Shown here: positions 42,401 to 47,481 of the stretch, one piece after another
Numbering within the stretch: position 1 is the stretch's first letter
Layout: each line of letters begins with the position of its first letter
Origin: a bacterium
GTDB lineage: Bacteria > Hinthialibacterota > Hinthialibacteria > Hinthialibacterales > Hinthialibacteraceae
NCBI GenBank assembly: GCA_963663405.2
Contig: CAXXSM010000085.1
Coordinates: 1 to 47,481, forward strand
Direction of reading: 5' to 3'
DNA length: 47,481 bases
Program-made: the position numbers and the translations under genes
Notes under the pieces: model-generated
Databases searched by the model: none
Told to the model about the DNA's origin: nothing
What the model saw: only the letters and a program-made list of their open reading frames with translations

Positions 42401-43312
42401 ATTCGTCAATCGAATATCGAGATGCCCCGGCGCGGGGAGATCGAATCGGTAAACGTCCCGGTCGTTGGAGGTGCTGATATAGGAATGAATCGGCGCCGCG
42501 TTCGAAATGGGAATAGCCTGGGGGAATGAGTCGTTAGGTTCGTTTGTATCCGTGCCGGGGGATGTGGATACTTCAATCGAATAGGGATTGAACATATCGT
42601 ATTCCGAACCACCGACAAGCGCGTAGACAAAGGTCGGTTCCAGCCGCAGGTTTGTATATTCCATTAATTCTTCGTTGACGCCATTATTATCACTGCCCAT
42701 CAACCAACTATGATTGGCGTTGTAAAGATTCAGATTTAAATTCGCTGGGAGAGAAGTTAATTCAATGAATAAGGTTGAAAAAGCCGGGATGTCAATCCGG
42801 TACATATCCGTATCCCAAGGGGAACTGCGATAAGATGATAATGGCGCGCCTGAGGATAAGTGTGTCGCGTAGAACCAGCGATCGTTGGGTTCATTCGTTT
42901 CGAAGCCGGGTTGGTATGTGACGGAGAGCGTATAGGCGCCACTATTTACCGCGCGCCCATTCGAATCCACAATCAGGTAATAGGTTCCCGCGCCCCAGAC
43001 GTCCCGGTCGATCAGTTCGTCGAAGAGTTCGGAATTGTCGGAGGTTTCAAGCCACTTCCGGTCGGGATTGTAGAGCTGAAGGCGGAAATTGCCTGCGAGA
43101 TTCGTGAGTGTCACCTGGAAGTGACCCTGGTCAATTCCCTCGATGCGATAAAAATCTACATCATTATGGCCGCTAAGTGTTTCAGCGATCGCTCCTCCGG
43201 ATGCGATTGGTGTAGCTAAATCGAACGAATCATCCGGTTCGGCGGCGCTAATAATCATAGATGCGGACATGAAGAACAGAGCTGCGAGTGTCAAAGGATG
43301 AATTTGCTTCAT
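33446..43312 (-). CDS. Giant secreted repeat protein: 21 PPC-like and 8 Ig-like modules with C-terminal VENWSLY tail
   Basis: Signal peptide; modules starting E[P/S/N][N/D]x with D.D.Y and LT.LP.[N/D]Y (pre-peptidase C-terminal-like), separated by G.A....F..Y.LEYG.G..P..W...WD...G.Y..RL Ig-like units. No catalytic domain seen. Confidence 0.85.
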   Translation of the reverse strand: MKQIHPLTLAALFFMSASMIISAAEPDDSFDLATPIASGGAIAETLSGHNDVDFYRIEGIDQGHFQVTLTNLAGNFRLQLYNPDRKWLETSDNSELFDELIDRDVWGAGTYYLIVDSNGRAVNSGAYTLSVTYQPGFETNEPNDRWFYATHLSSGAPLSSYRSSPWDTDMYRIDIPAFSTLFIELTSLPANLNLNLYNANHSWLMGSDNNGVNEELMEYTNLRLEPTFVYALVGGSEYDMFNPYSIEVSTSPGTDTNEPNDSFPQAIPISNAAPIHSYISTSNDRDVYRFDLPAPGHLDIRLTNLPKNYWISLYNGNFSWVTNSDNNGTTDEAIIRDWTRIEPVYIIVGGNEFTDAAPYTLTVNFTPEPLTAQLAYPHHNQHTNGVIETNGSALGQDFASYQLEFGGGTAPDAWTTISSSNTPVTNGSLGAWDVTGLADGPYTLRLTTQNSAGDTAVQTITVYVNSTVGPDTYEPNYDWTAASPIALGDTIQSYIQSGGDDDYFTVEIPSATVNYGMLTAVLSNQPADYKLEVFGPTHNTIGGADDTGTEDEVVQAPIYEAGIYYIRVRNSRGSSGFNQPYNLTVTFDRGNSELSEPNNDWEHAAPITPGAPVEGYLSGPGDYDIYQFDLTDLAHVTVSLTGQPEDYRLEVFNDNLDGIGGSNHPNAIDELVETDVFEDGTIYIRVRPAGSQFDMENPYTLNIDVEVYAVVTRITYPREDATVGGIVPIRGIAATNLPFSQYTLEYGAGESPSVWTPIGDPSIYQRVHETLATWDTTTLTQGIYTIRLTATDEIGRSDNTLRTVQVVSEPPEDVLEPNDSYNQAIPAPLSAPIDTYISSYNDTDVFSVNVPARGRLTVSLLNLPGNYRMNLYDPNRSWITTSDLPEMRDEVIEYITQEGGEYFVMVNANSGDFNAYTPYTFLAEFTPSTDNGEPNEAWEDAVALPLGTPIESYLHHVNDYDIFKIPVTEFGSLEVTLTNQPFNGRINLYNENLSWLTGSDRIERRNESAVINISRLGVYYAIVDSDDYSLDEPYVITANLSPNPISAAIDYPRHAESITGAVTILGTAKGSDFAAYELAYGPGSNPQEWTFISSSGDPGAEGPLGTWDVSGLADGQYLFRLLVTSASLNPVEIFRSVYISAAAPNDNYESNDDWAAAQPITIGETIQSYLKYDGDYDYFLISTPGRGTVDVTLTNPPGNYILEIYDFAHNGRGGSNNNGVNDEQVIFDTQEAADFYIRIRNSGGPTGTAEPYTLITEFTPGSDTDEPNNDWWHSIEIEPNSTTESYLSSSGDQDYWKILIPENGSLTASLTNLPSNYRLELFDGNLNGKGSSNNSGAADETVTAEIAKGTIFVRVRSSDGSYDMRAPYTLTLSYVSFALAANIDSPRNNSTVGGSIRIYGTALADAFASYNIDVRPANQPDAWTPIGDAQTEPVNRNQLAVWDTTGFAAGAYVIRLTVLTGTGESAVDEVNVTLVTEPPDDPYEPNNGWEPTTPLPLNQPLQAYINPDNDQDIYRIVLPGPGVCDVRLTGLPADYRVNVYNANLNWWAGSDNLDLTEESVIINSGQAQIIYAIAASSRGTPNPFASYTIEAAWSQGNDTHEPNNSWPTAPSVPANTPILSNLSYPGDEDIFAFDAPSFGGMRITLSSLPGNFRINLYDGNLNWLTGSDNSGNLTERINWDISEAGRYYVIVSSAGSEFSALKPYNLTIGFIEGHDTFEPNNTFEHATPIQSGAALQSYLSSKSDADFYIFQMPAAGEIRATLTDLPGDFGLSLYDNNFSWLTGSWNGGTEDELIVRTLDPGVYYLAVDSDNYDFTSPYTIRVTYPGQQPIAMITAPPNSSTVNGSIVVHGAASGTNFASAILEYGAGTAPISWTQINSLTQPVVDDVLGVLGTNPVPDGVYTFRLRTMGTGGEVTEATTTVTLDNALATGADTYEPNYSWLTATPILLFYHNQSFIGDNSDGDYYRFDIRGMGALRAQLTGLPSDYRLDLYNLYQQNIGGSANNHTFDEYVYAAVTEPGTYYAFVRNQSGNAAGVDAPYTITIVFEPAEDVYENNNDWAHASPIPLDTDIQAFMTYSGDYDYYTVELFEPGTLDVTLTDLPRDYRVEVFDFSHNGVGGSNNSGQLDERTIVNVPAPGIYYIRVRESSGGASPVEPYTLRADWRPGFETNEPNNDWANATPIDIGETVESYISTSGDYDYYRLTTPYPGELYVHLYDLPQNYRLEVFDYNHNGMGSSNNSDVWDEEVYSIVSYGGTVFIRVRSSDGYDVHEPYRLTTSFMPHDLFLDFIYPRTGQSISGGISITGTAVGDGFQSYTLSYAPMADPDAKTVITTGNRPVARGELGRWDTSAVESRPYYLILEVQTETETRSLTINTTVLDTTPVDRYEPNNTWNDAYPLFPNSNALALFPEGDQDVYYVDTPGPGKLVFHLTDLRFNANMNIYNGNLGWITGSDNQGWRDEMITLTPSYPARYYAIVNSSGGYEAIDFYWLRVEWTPSTDTAEPDGRWEEARELTPGVPVQDYIGWYNDSDIYYVNAIRPGRIVFTLSDLPANYRINIYNGNLNWITSSDNAGLNPERIIIDPGLNERIYAIVSSSGESDPTQPYTLLADYFEGADPWEPNDEWWKNATPLYSGIPLQGARDFSDDNDVFTFYLPEEGLTRLDLTNLNLNLNLNLYGTNMNWIMGYDNNNTTSERLVNTLGPGYYYLVIGGEWNAAQLYTLTGTFPSTDPLSGIFSLYDDSVVNGVLSIQGIAASPNGVDAVTLEYGSGSQPTSWTALPNAAPAFRGEIGAWDTTVLSDGVYTLRLTVQAAGRVNETRVTIQVDNAGANLETDPMEPNGWYQEAMGISYPSTIKGSIADGSDEDWYALQIPTYGQLTADLTDIPENSDYRLDIYSPWRTGITGSANNLNFDEHAVADITAPGLWYIRIRNQSGTPAGPTGRYTLTVDFTEQIDPYEPNDDWRSAKPITPGVALQATISSSGDYDYYIFHADAFSRIQVDLTDLAADYRLELFKWDHSGIGSSVNSGTQDEQIIADVLESSEYYVRVRSSSGHNILQPYTLLVTITPGVDRHEPDNDWESAVPLLPTQVEESYLSHGGDYDYYWTVFSGPGQMDLLLSHLPTDYRLEIYNADHNGMGGSNNGETTDETVSIETENYSGKVFIRVRSSSGYSFFPDEFYRLSGDWPMAYIADPIRGDYINQDIEITGTAYAPGFQSYHLSYGAGIQPEVTTEIASSGAPVLDGPLGVWNVFGLQEGIYTLELTVLSSSGAHSYTIDVNIGERETPVENWSLY

Positions 43313-43421
43313 TTTCTTTCACCAAAAAGGAACGCATTTGGATTTCTGCTAAGTAATGATTACAAGATTTTACACTTTTTCTGATGTAAATGAATGGGTA
43401 GTTGTCCATATTAACTGCAAG

Positions 43422-43810
43422 TCAAAAATTGGTGAATCTTAGGAGTTCCCCCATGCCCCAGACGTGATCAGTCAGGTTCGCAGCCATGAAGGGAGTCGTG
43501 GATTTGCCATGCCGCTTGGTTAATGTTCCGTGTGGTTTACATAAGTGGTAATAGGCCAGTGTCAACGCGAGTTGATGGTGGTGGTTTTCCTTGGATTTGG
43601 AGAATCGGATCGATTTGCGTACGCAACGTGAATCCATGTGACGAATGATCCCGTTATTTCTCTCCACGTAGGATGTGTTGATTGTTCGGCTGACTTTGGA
43701 TGCCGCCAAAATCGTTTCCACTCTTGCTGGATCACCAAAAATCACTTTTCGTGTGACTTCAACCACTTTATATTGTTTGTAACGTTTCATGACATGAACG
43801 TACACCAGAT
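43422..43810 (-). pseudogene. IS1-family-like transposase, C-terminal fragment
   Basis: INTSYVERNNGIIRH..RCVRKSIRFSK, YYHLCKPHGTL, TPFMAANLTDHVW; the N-terminal part with the first DDE residues is missing. Confidence 0.8.
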
Positions 43811-43945
43811 CGTTCGGGATCGAGGAATAAACCGGCTACGCCATGGACGGTCAGGGTTTTCCGGAGACGGGTGTCTATCCGATACCGTTGGTTGAGGGTG
43901 GCCTTGCGCGCTTTTTCGTAGACTTCCTGGGCCTGATCCTTGTCT

Positions 43946-44377
43946 TCAAAGAACAACCGGTGAGGGCATTCTCAAGAGTTCATTTCCAAGGTCAATGTTA
44001 GCGGAGCCCTTTTTACTCAGACCCGTCTTTTCCACAATCCGTTCGACGGTCCGGCGTGAACAATCCACTTTGTAGAGGCGTAAGATTTCTTGCCGCAAGT
44101 TCTCCCCCGGCAAGTGAGGTTGTTCGAGTTTCCGGTGAATGATGAAGTTGACAATCTCTTGGTTGAGAGCGAGGAGGGGGCGGCGGCCCATGGAGGATCC
44201 AAGTAAAGCCACGTACCCCCGCTGCATGAACATCCGTTCGAGCCGGTAGAAATACTCCCTGGAGAACCCAAAGAGGCGGCAGGCTTCAGCCACAGACATC
44301 GTGTCACTTCGAGCCGCGCGAAGCATCTCATATCGAACCTGGGGCAGGCCTCTTTTTTTGAAATCTATGGAATACAC
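43946..44377 (-). CDS. Helix-turn-helix protein of the transposase/recombinase-associated type (probably 5'-truncated)
   Basis: QVRYEMLR...SVAEACRLFGFSREYFY HTH and a second HTH-like SRRTVER. GTG start only 4 bp from the upstream stop, with no RBS. Confidence 0.65.
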   Translation of the reverse strand: MYSIDFKKRGLPQVRYEMLRAARSDTMSVAEACRLFGFSREYFYRLERMFMQRGYVALLGSSMGRRPLLALNQEIVNFIIHRKLEQPHLPGENLRQEILRLYKVDCSRRTVERIVEKTGLSKKGSANIDLGNELLRMPSPVVL

Positions 44378-44381
44378 GGTG

Positions 44382-45650
44382 TCAATAAAGCATGTAATTC
44401 TTAACTCCCGTGGCCCGGTCGTTCCCCAGTGATATGGCGAACAGGATCAGAGTCGGCGCATGTTGCGGAACATCGTTGGGCAATAGGATCGCCTTGAGGG
44501 TACGGGTCGGATCGATGCGGTACAGTTGCCAGATCATGTAAATTCCTCCCTCCGGCATGCCCCAACTGATGGTCTCCATTCCCGGCCAGATGCGAATCCC
44601 GGAACTCGCTTTAACGACCGGCCCCGTAAAGATTCCCAGGCGATGCACTCGCGGTCCCCAAGGATTGTTCGGCTGTCCGATGGCGTTGAGCGGCGCTGCA
44701 TCTTCGAACTTGAAGTAGATCGTTCTCACCGTGCCGGATGACAGAAACGGTGTAAGGTCGAAATCGCGCAGTTCCCGGTTGGTTTGGATTCCATCGGGAT
44801 TTCCAGGGGGGGCGGTATACACCTTGTCCTCAGTCGCAGAATTATATACTTCTGTGTACGTTTGATCATCCGTGGAGATGGACATCTTCACGTTGCCCCA
44901 CATTTCCGTCCACAGGGTCGCCGATTTCAAACCGGCGGGAATGTCCATCAGGTAAATGAAATAGGCGCCCTCGCCATTGCAATACGTGAACTGTCCTAAA
45001 TTGTGATCCATATTGCCCTCTCCATACCAGAAGTAGATGGGACCGTTGGGATCACCCTGATAGCACATGTAATCATTGACAATTTCACTTGCGTCGCCGT
45101 CGGCCGGAGCGACCCACTCCGGTGGTTTCCAGAACCAGTCCGGCACGACACCCATGGGAATCCAATCGCCCTCCCCATCATCATAAATCGGTTTGAAACT
45201 GTTCCTTTCCGAGCGGGGATCATAAACTTCACCGGTGTCGGGATCCACATCAGCCCCCCAACCAGACACTCCCCCCGGCCAAGGTCCATCATCAGCGGTC
45301 GACGCCATAAACACGTATTGATACTTTCCTTCGGGAACCGAAACGGTGTCGCCCGTGACACCATAATAGGCGTTTGGATTGCCTATTGTCATATCCGGCA
45401 GTAAAAAGGAAACCATCCCGTCTTCCGAAACATTGACCTGTCCGGGAATCACATCCGGTGGCAGCGTAGAGACCTTAATCCCCGGGCCACCGCTGGAGAT
45501 GTTGGGATCGTCGTCCTGGAACCAGATCACCCTATTCCAGATGCTGTCCAGATTCACCGGCGTAATGTCATACTTCTGCGCCTGTGCCATGGGAACCACC
45601 ATCAATCCAGCCAACATCAACATGATCATTCCGAAATATTTCTGTTGCAT
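44382..45650 (-). CDS. Secreted beta-sandwich hypothetical protein with C-terminal VKNYMLY tail
   Basis: Start reassigned to ATG 45650 (AAGGAGG RBS; signal MQQKYFGMIMLMLAGLMVVPMAQA); 422 aa; Gly/Pro/Asp/aromatic-rich, suggestive of carbohydrate-binding folds. Confidence 0.75.
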   Translation of the reverse strand: MQQKYFGMIMLMLAGLMVVPMAQAQKYDITPVNLDSIWNRVIWFQDDDPNISSGGPGIKVSTLPPDVIPGQVNVSEDGMVSFLLPDMTIGNPNAYYGVTGDTVSVPEGKYQYVFMASTADDGPWPGGVSGWGADVDPDTGEVYDPRSERNSFKPIYDDGEGDWIPMGVVPDWFWKPPEWVAPADGDASEIVNDYMCYQGDPNGPIYFWYGEGNMDHNLGQFTYCNGEGAYFIYLMDIPAGLKSATLWTEMWGNVKMSISTDDQTYTEVYNSATEDKVYTAPPGNPDGIQTNRELRDFDLTPFLSSGTVRTIYFKFEDAAPLNAIGQPNNPWGPRVHRLGIFTGPVVKASSGIRIWPGMETISWGMPEGGIYMIWQLYRIDPTRTLKAILLPNDVPQHAPTLILFAISLGNDRATGVKNYMLY

Positions 45651-45964
45651 AGCGATACCTCCTTCGCGGATGTATTTTGAAAAACCAAAATCTTCCCAAA
45701 CGCCGCATTCTTTCACACAGCCCGAATGTTTGTCAACCGCGGTCCATCGAAATGCAGGCCAGTCATATAGAAAAAATGATGGAGCGCGCAGCACCCCCGA
45801 CCCAAAATGGGTTGAGCGGGAGGGGGTGAATGGAATTTTTGGAATATTCTATCTTCTTTATTGTCCGATTTTAGTAATGACAAACTATACCATGAGTTTC
45901 AGAGCGTATTTCAATATTGGTAAGATGCGTGGAAAGAGTCATGTATTAATATGGAAAGTGTAAA

Positions 45965-46049
45965 AAAATGAGTTTCCAGAACAATCTCATTCGCAAACAC
46001 TTCCGCGACTCATTTTCATTTGCAGGTTGGGATCTCAATTCTGATGGTT
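45965..46049. repeat. About 85-bp intergenic element, copy 1
   Basis: AAAATGAGT-N34-ACTCATTTT-CATTTGCAG..GATCTCAAT..TGATGGTT. Confidence 0.8.
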
Positions 46050-46351
46050 TATCTGTTTTCTTCAACTTCCGGATATTTTCCATTCATTCGATACACAAAG
46101 GCTAAGACTTCGGCGGCGGCTTTGTAGAGATCAGGAGGGATGACATGCCCTAGGTGGATTGTGGAAAGGATTTCAACGAGATCGGGATCACGATAGAGGG
46201 GAATGTCATATTCTTTCGCAATGGCGATGATCTCTTCAGCAATGATTCCCTTTCCCTTGGCGACGACGACGGGCGCGGAGTCTTCCTCTCGATTGTAACG
46301 AAGCGCTACTGCGCGGCGGCGGGATGGGGGAATCGATTTGGGATCGGACAT
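46049..46351 (-). CDS. Stand-alone FlhB/EscU C-terminal-domain-like protein
   Basis: AVALRY...APVVVAKGKG..AEEII..A....IP...D..LV..L......IPP.LY.A.AEVLAFVY; 100 aa. Confidence 0.9.
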   Translation of the reverse strand: MSDPKSIPPSRRRAVALRYNREEDSAPVVVAKGKGIIAEEIIAIAKEYDIPLYRDPDLVEILSTIHLGHVIPPDLYKAAAEVLAFVYRMNGKYPEVEENR

Positions 46352-46391
46352 GATTAATTTGTTTCGTGAAATTCGATCTTATAGAATTTAT

Positions 46392-46478
46392 ATGAAAATG
46401 AGTTTCTACAACTTGCTCGTACGCGATTACTCTCATAACTCATTTTCATTTGCAGTTGTGATCTCAATCATGATGGTT
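46392..46478. repeat. About 85-bp intergenic element, copy 2
   Basis: Perfect 13-bp inverted repeat ATGAAAATGAGTT..AACTCATTTTCAT, then TTGCAG..GATCTCAAT..TGATGGTT. Confidence 0.8.
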
Positions 46479-46488
46479 CTTGCGTGAT

Positions 46489-47481
46489 TTATCTGTGTTT
46501 TTCTTTGGCGATTTCAAATTCCATGTGCAGGCGGGAGCGAAGGGCCTGTTGGGCCGCTTTGCGCACATTATAAACAGGATCTTGTAGGAATGGCATCAGA
46601 GCGCGAATATCTTCATCGGTTCCTTTGATGCCGATTCCCCGGACGGCCATTTCGCGGATGTGCGGGCGCCGGTCGTTCGCGCCATCCCGCAGATAGTCTT
46701 CGAGATGAGGCAGATCGACTTCGCCTACAACCCAAAGGGCGCAGGTTTTTGTCCACTCATCATCACTTTCTAACATCTCAATCAACACGGATTCGTACTC
46801 CTGATATCCCCAGAGCAGCAATTGCTTGAGCGAGTTGGCTTTTTCCCGGAGAGCGTCGGATTGCGCGCTTTTTTTGACGAGGTTGATCATTAGTTCGCTA
46901 GTCGGTTTTGAGACTGGCAGCCGCTCGATCGCGTTGGCGCGGACGCGTGGATCGGGATCGTTGAAGAAATATTTGAGCGCTTTGAAACGAATCTCTTCGT
47001 TCTTGATCCGGCCGAATCCAGCAATTACGGTAGCGCGGATTTTTGAGTTCGGATCGCGGGACATACGGCGGTAGACGGGGATCGCCGTCCCCAGATTTTC
47101 CACATCCAGCATGGCGAGATATTTGAGCCGGTCCAATTCTTCAGGCGATGTGGATAGATACGACATTTCTTCAAGAAAATTGGGTTTTAAACGAATTAAA
47201 TATTCCAACAAGATTTTGCGTTTCCGCCGGGAACACGAATCGAATTTATTTAAAAGGTAATCTTTAAGGATTTTATAAATTGTATCGATCGCCGCCTGCC
47301 GAACCTTCTTTTTCTTGCTCTGCAACAAGTGGGAGATTCGATCGATGATCGTCAAGTCTCCTTTTTTATTCAAATATCGCAGTGTAGCCAGCAATAACCG
47401 TTCGTCCGTCTCGGTTAAAAATTCGAATACTTCATTCCGTAGTCCTAGTTCTTCGCTGTTGCCCAGTACCTTCAGGATACG
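46489..47481 (-). CDS. HEAT-repeat protein (5' end outside window)
   Basis: DPNSKIRATVI, DPDPRVRANAI, DRRPHIREMAV, DPVYNVRKAA repeats; the frame stays open to the window edge. Confidence 0.85.
   Translation of the reverse strand, partial: RILKVLGNSEELGLRNEVFEFLTETDERLLLATLRYLNKKGDLTIIDRISHLLQSKKKKVRQAAIDTIYKILKDYLLNKFDSCSRRKRKILLEYLIRLKPNFLEEMSYLSTSPEELDRLKYLAMLDVENLGTAIPVYRRMSRDPNSKIRATVIAGFGRIKNEEIRFKALKYFFNDPDPRVRANAIERLPVSKPTSELMINLVKKSAQSDALREKANSLKQLLLWGYQEYESVLIEMLESDDEWTKTCALWVVGEVDLPHLEDYLRDGANDRRPHIREMAVRGIGIKGTDEDIRALMPFLQDPVYNVRKAAQQALRSRLHMEFEIAKEKHR

Larger units (their letters stand above)
43397..44377 (-). mobile_element. Degenerate composite IS remnant
   Basis: Contains an IS1-like transposase C-terminus, a transposase-associated HTH ORF and a 62-aa fragment. 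IS1-like end GGTAGTTGTCC at 43397. Confidence 0.7.

Noticed and set aside
45651-45794. N-terminal extension of the 470-aa ORF
   Set aside because: The strong RBS and signal peptide begin at 45650.
46049-46351. Flagellar or T3SS locus
   Set aside because: Only a stand-alone FlhB-tail-like protein; no other apparatus genes in the window.
45965-46478. The 85-bp repeats as a mini-CRISPR
   Set aside because: Only two copies, separated by a whole gene; the arms are inverted, not direct repeats around unique spacers.

Overview
A 47.5 kb stretch of bacterial chromosome, about 50% GC by eye with AT-rich intergenic regions. The gene style suggests a diderm glycan-using organism of the Hinthialibacterota (OLB16)/Sumerlaeota type, but that is inference only. 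Left third (1-20 kb): sugar-processing genes, namely four Gfo/Idh/MocA oxidoreductases, a sulfatase, a PIG-L deacetylase, a DegT-family aminotransferase, a GH-like secreted protein, an ApbE-DoxX-Gfo operon, two TolB/PD40 propeller proteins and a frameshifted DUF819 gene. Many of these carry twin-arginine signals. Right two thirds: large cell-surface proteins, namely a 2784-aa dockerin/IPT/beta-helix/PD40/cohesin protein, a 3288-aa protein with 21 PPC-like and 8 Ig-like modules in a higher-order repeat, and a 422-aa secreted protein. Also there are an ArnT-like glycosyltransferase fused to a metallophosphoesterase, a broken IS remnant, a FlhB-like protein and a HEAT-repeat protein. Most notable: (i) a GEMM-I cyclic-dinucleotide riboswitch with an overlapping terminator (ON logic) upstream of a secreted protein with Cys-Gln thioester-domain motifs, plus a second thioester-like domain on the 647-aa propeller protein; (ii) a shared C-terminal tail T-x-V-x-N-[W/Y]-x-L-Y on two unrelated secreted proteins, a candidate undescribed sorting signal; (iii) several small intergenic repeat families, two of which bracket single genes. 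No rRNA, tRNA or CRISPR array was seen. All domain calls come from reading motifs by eye, not from database searches.
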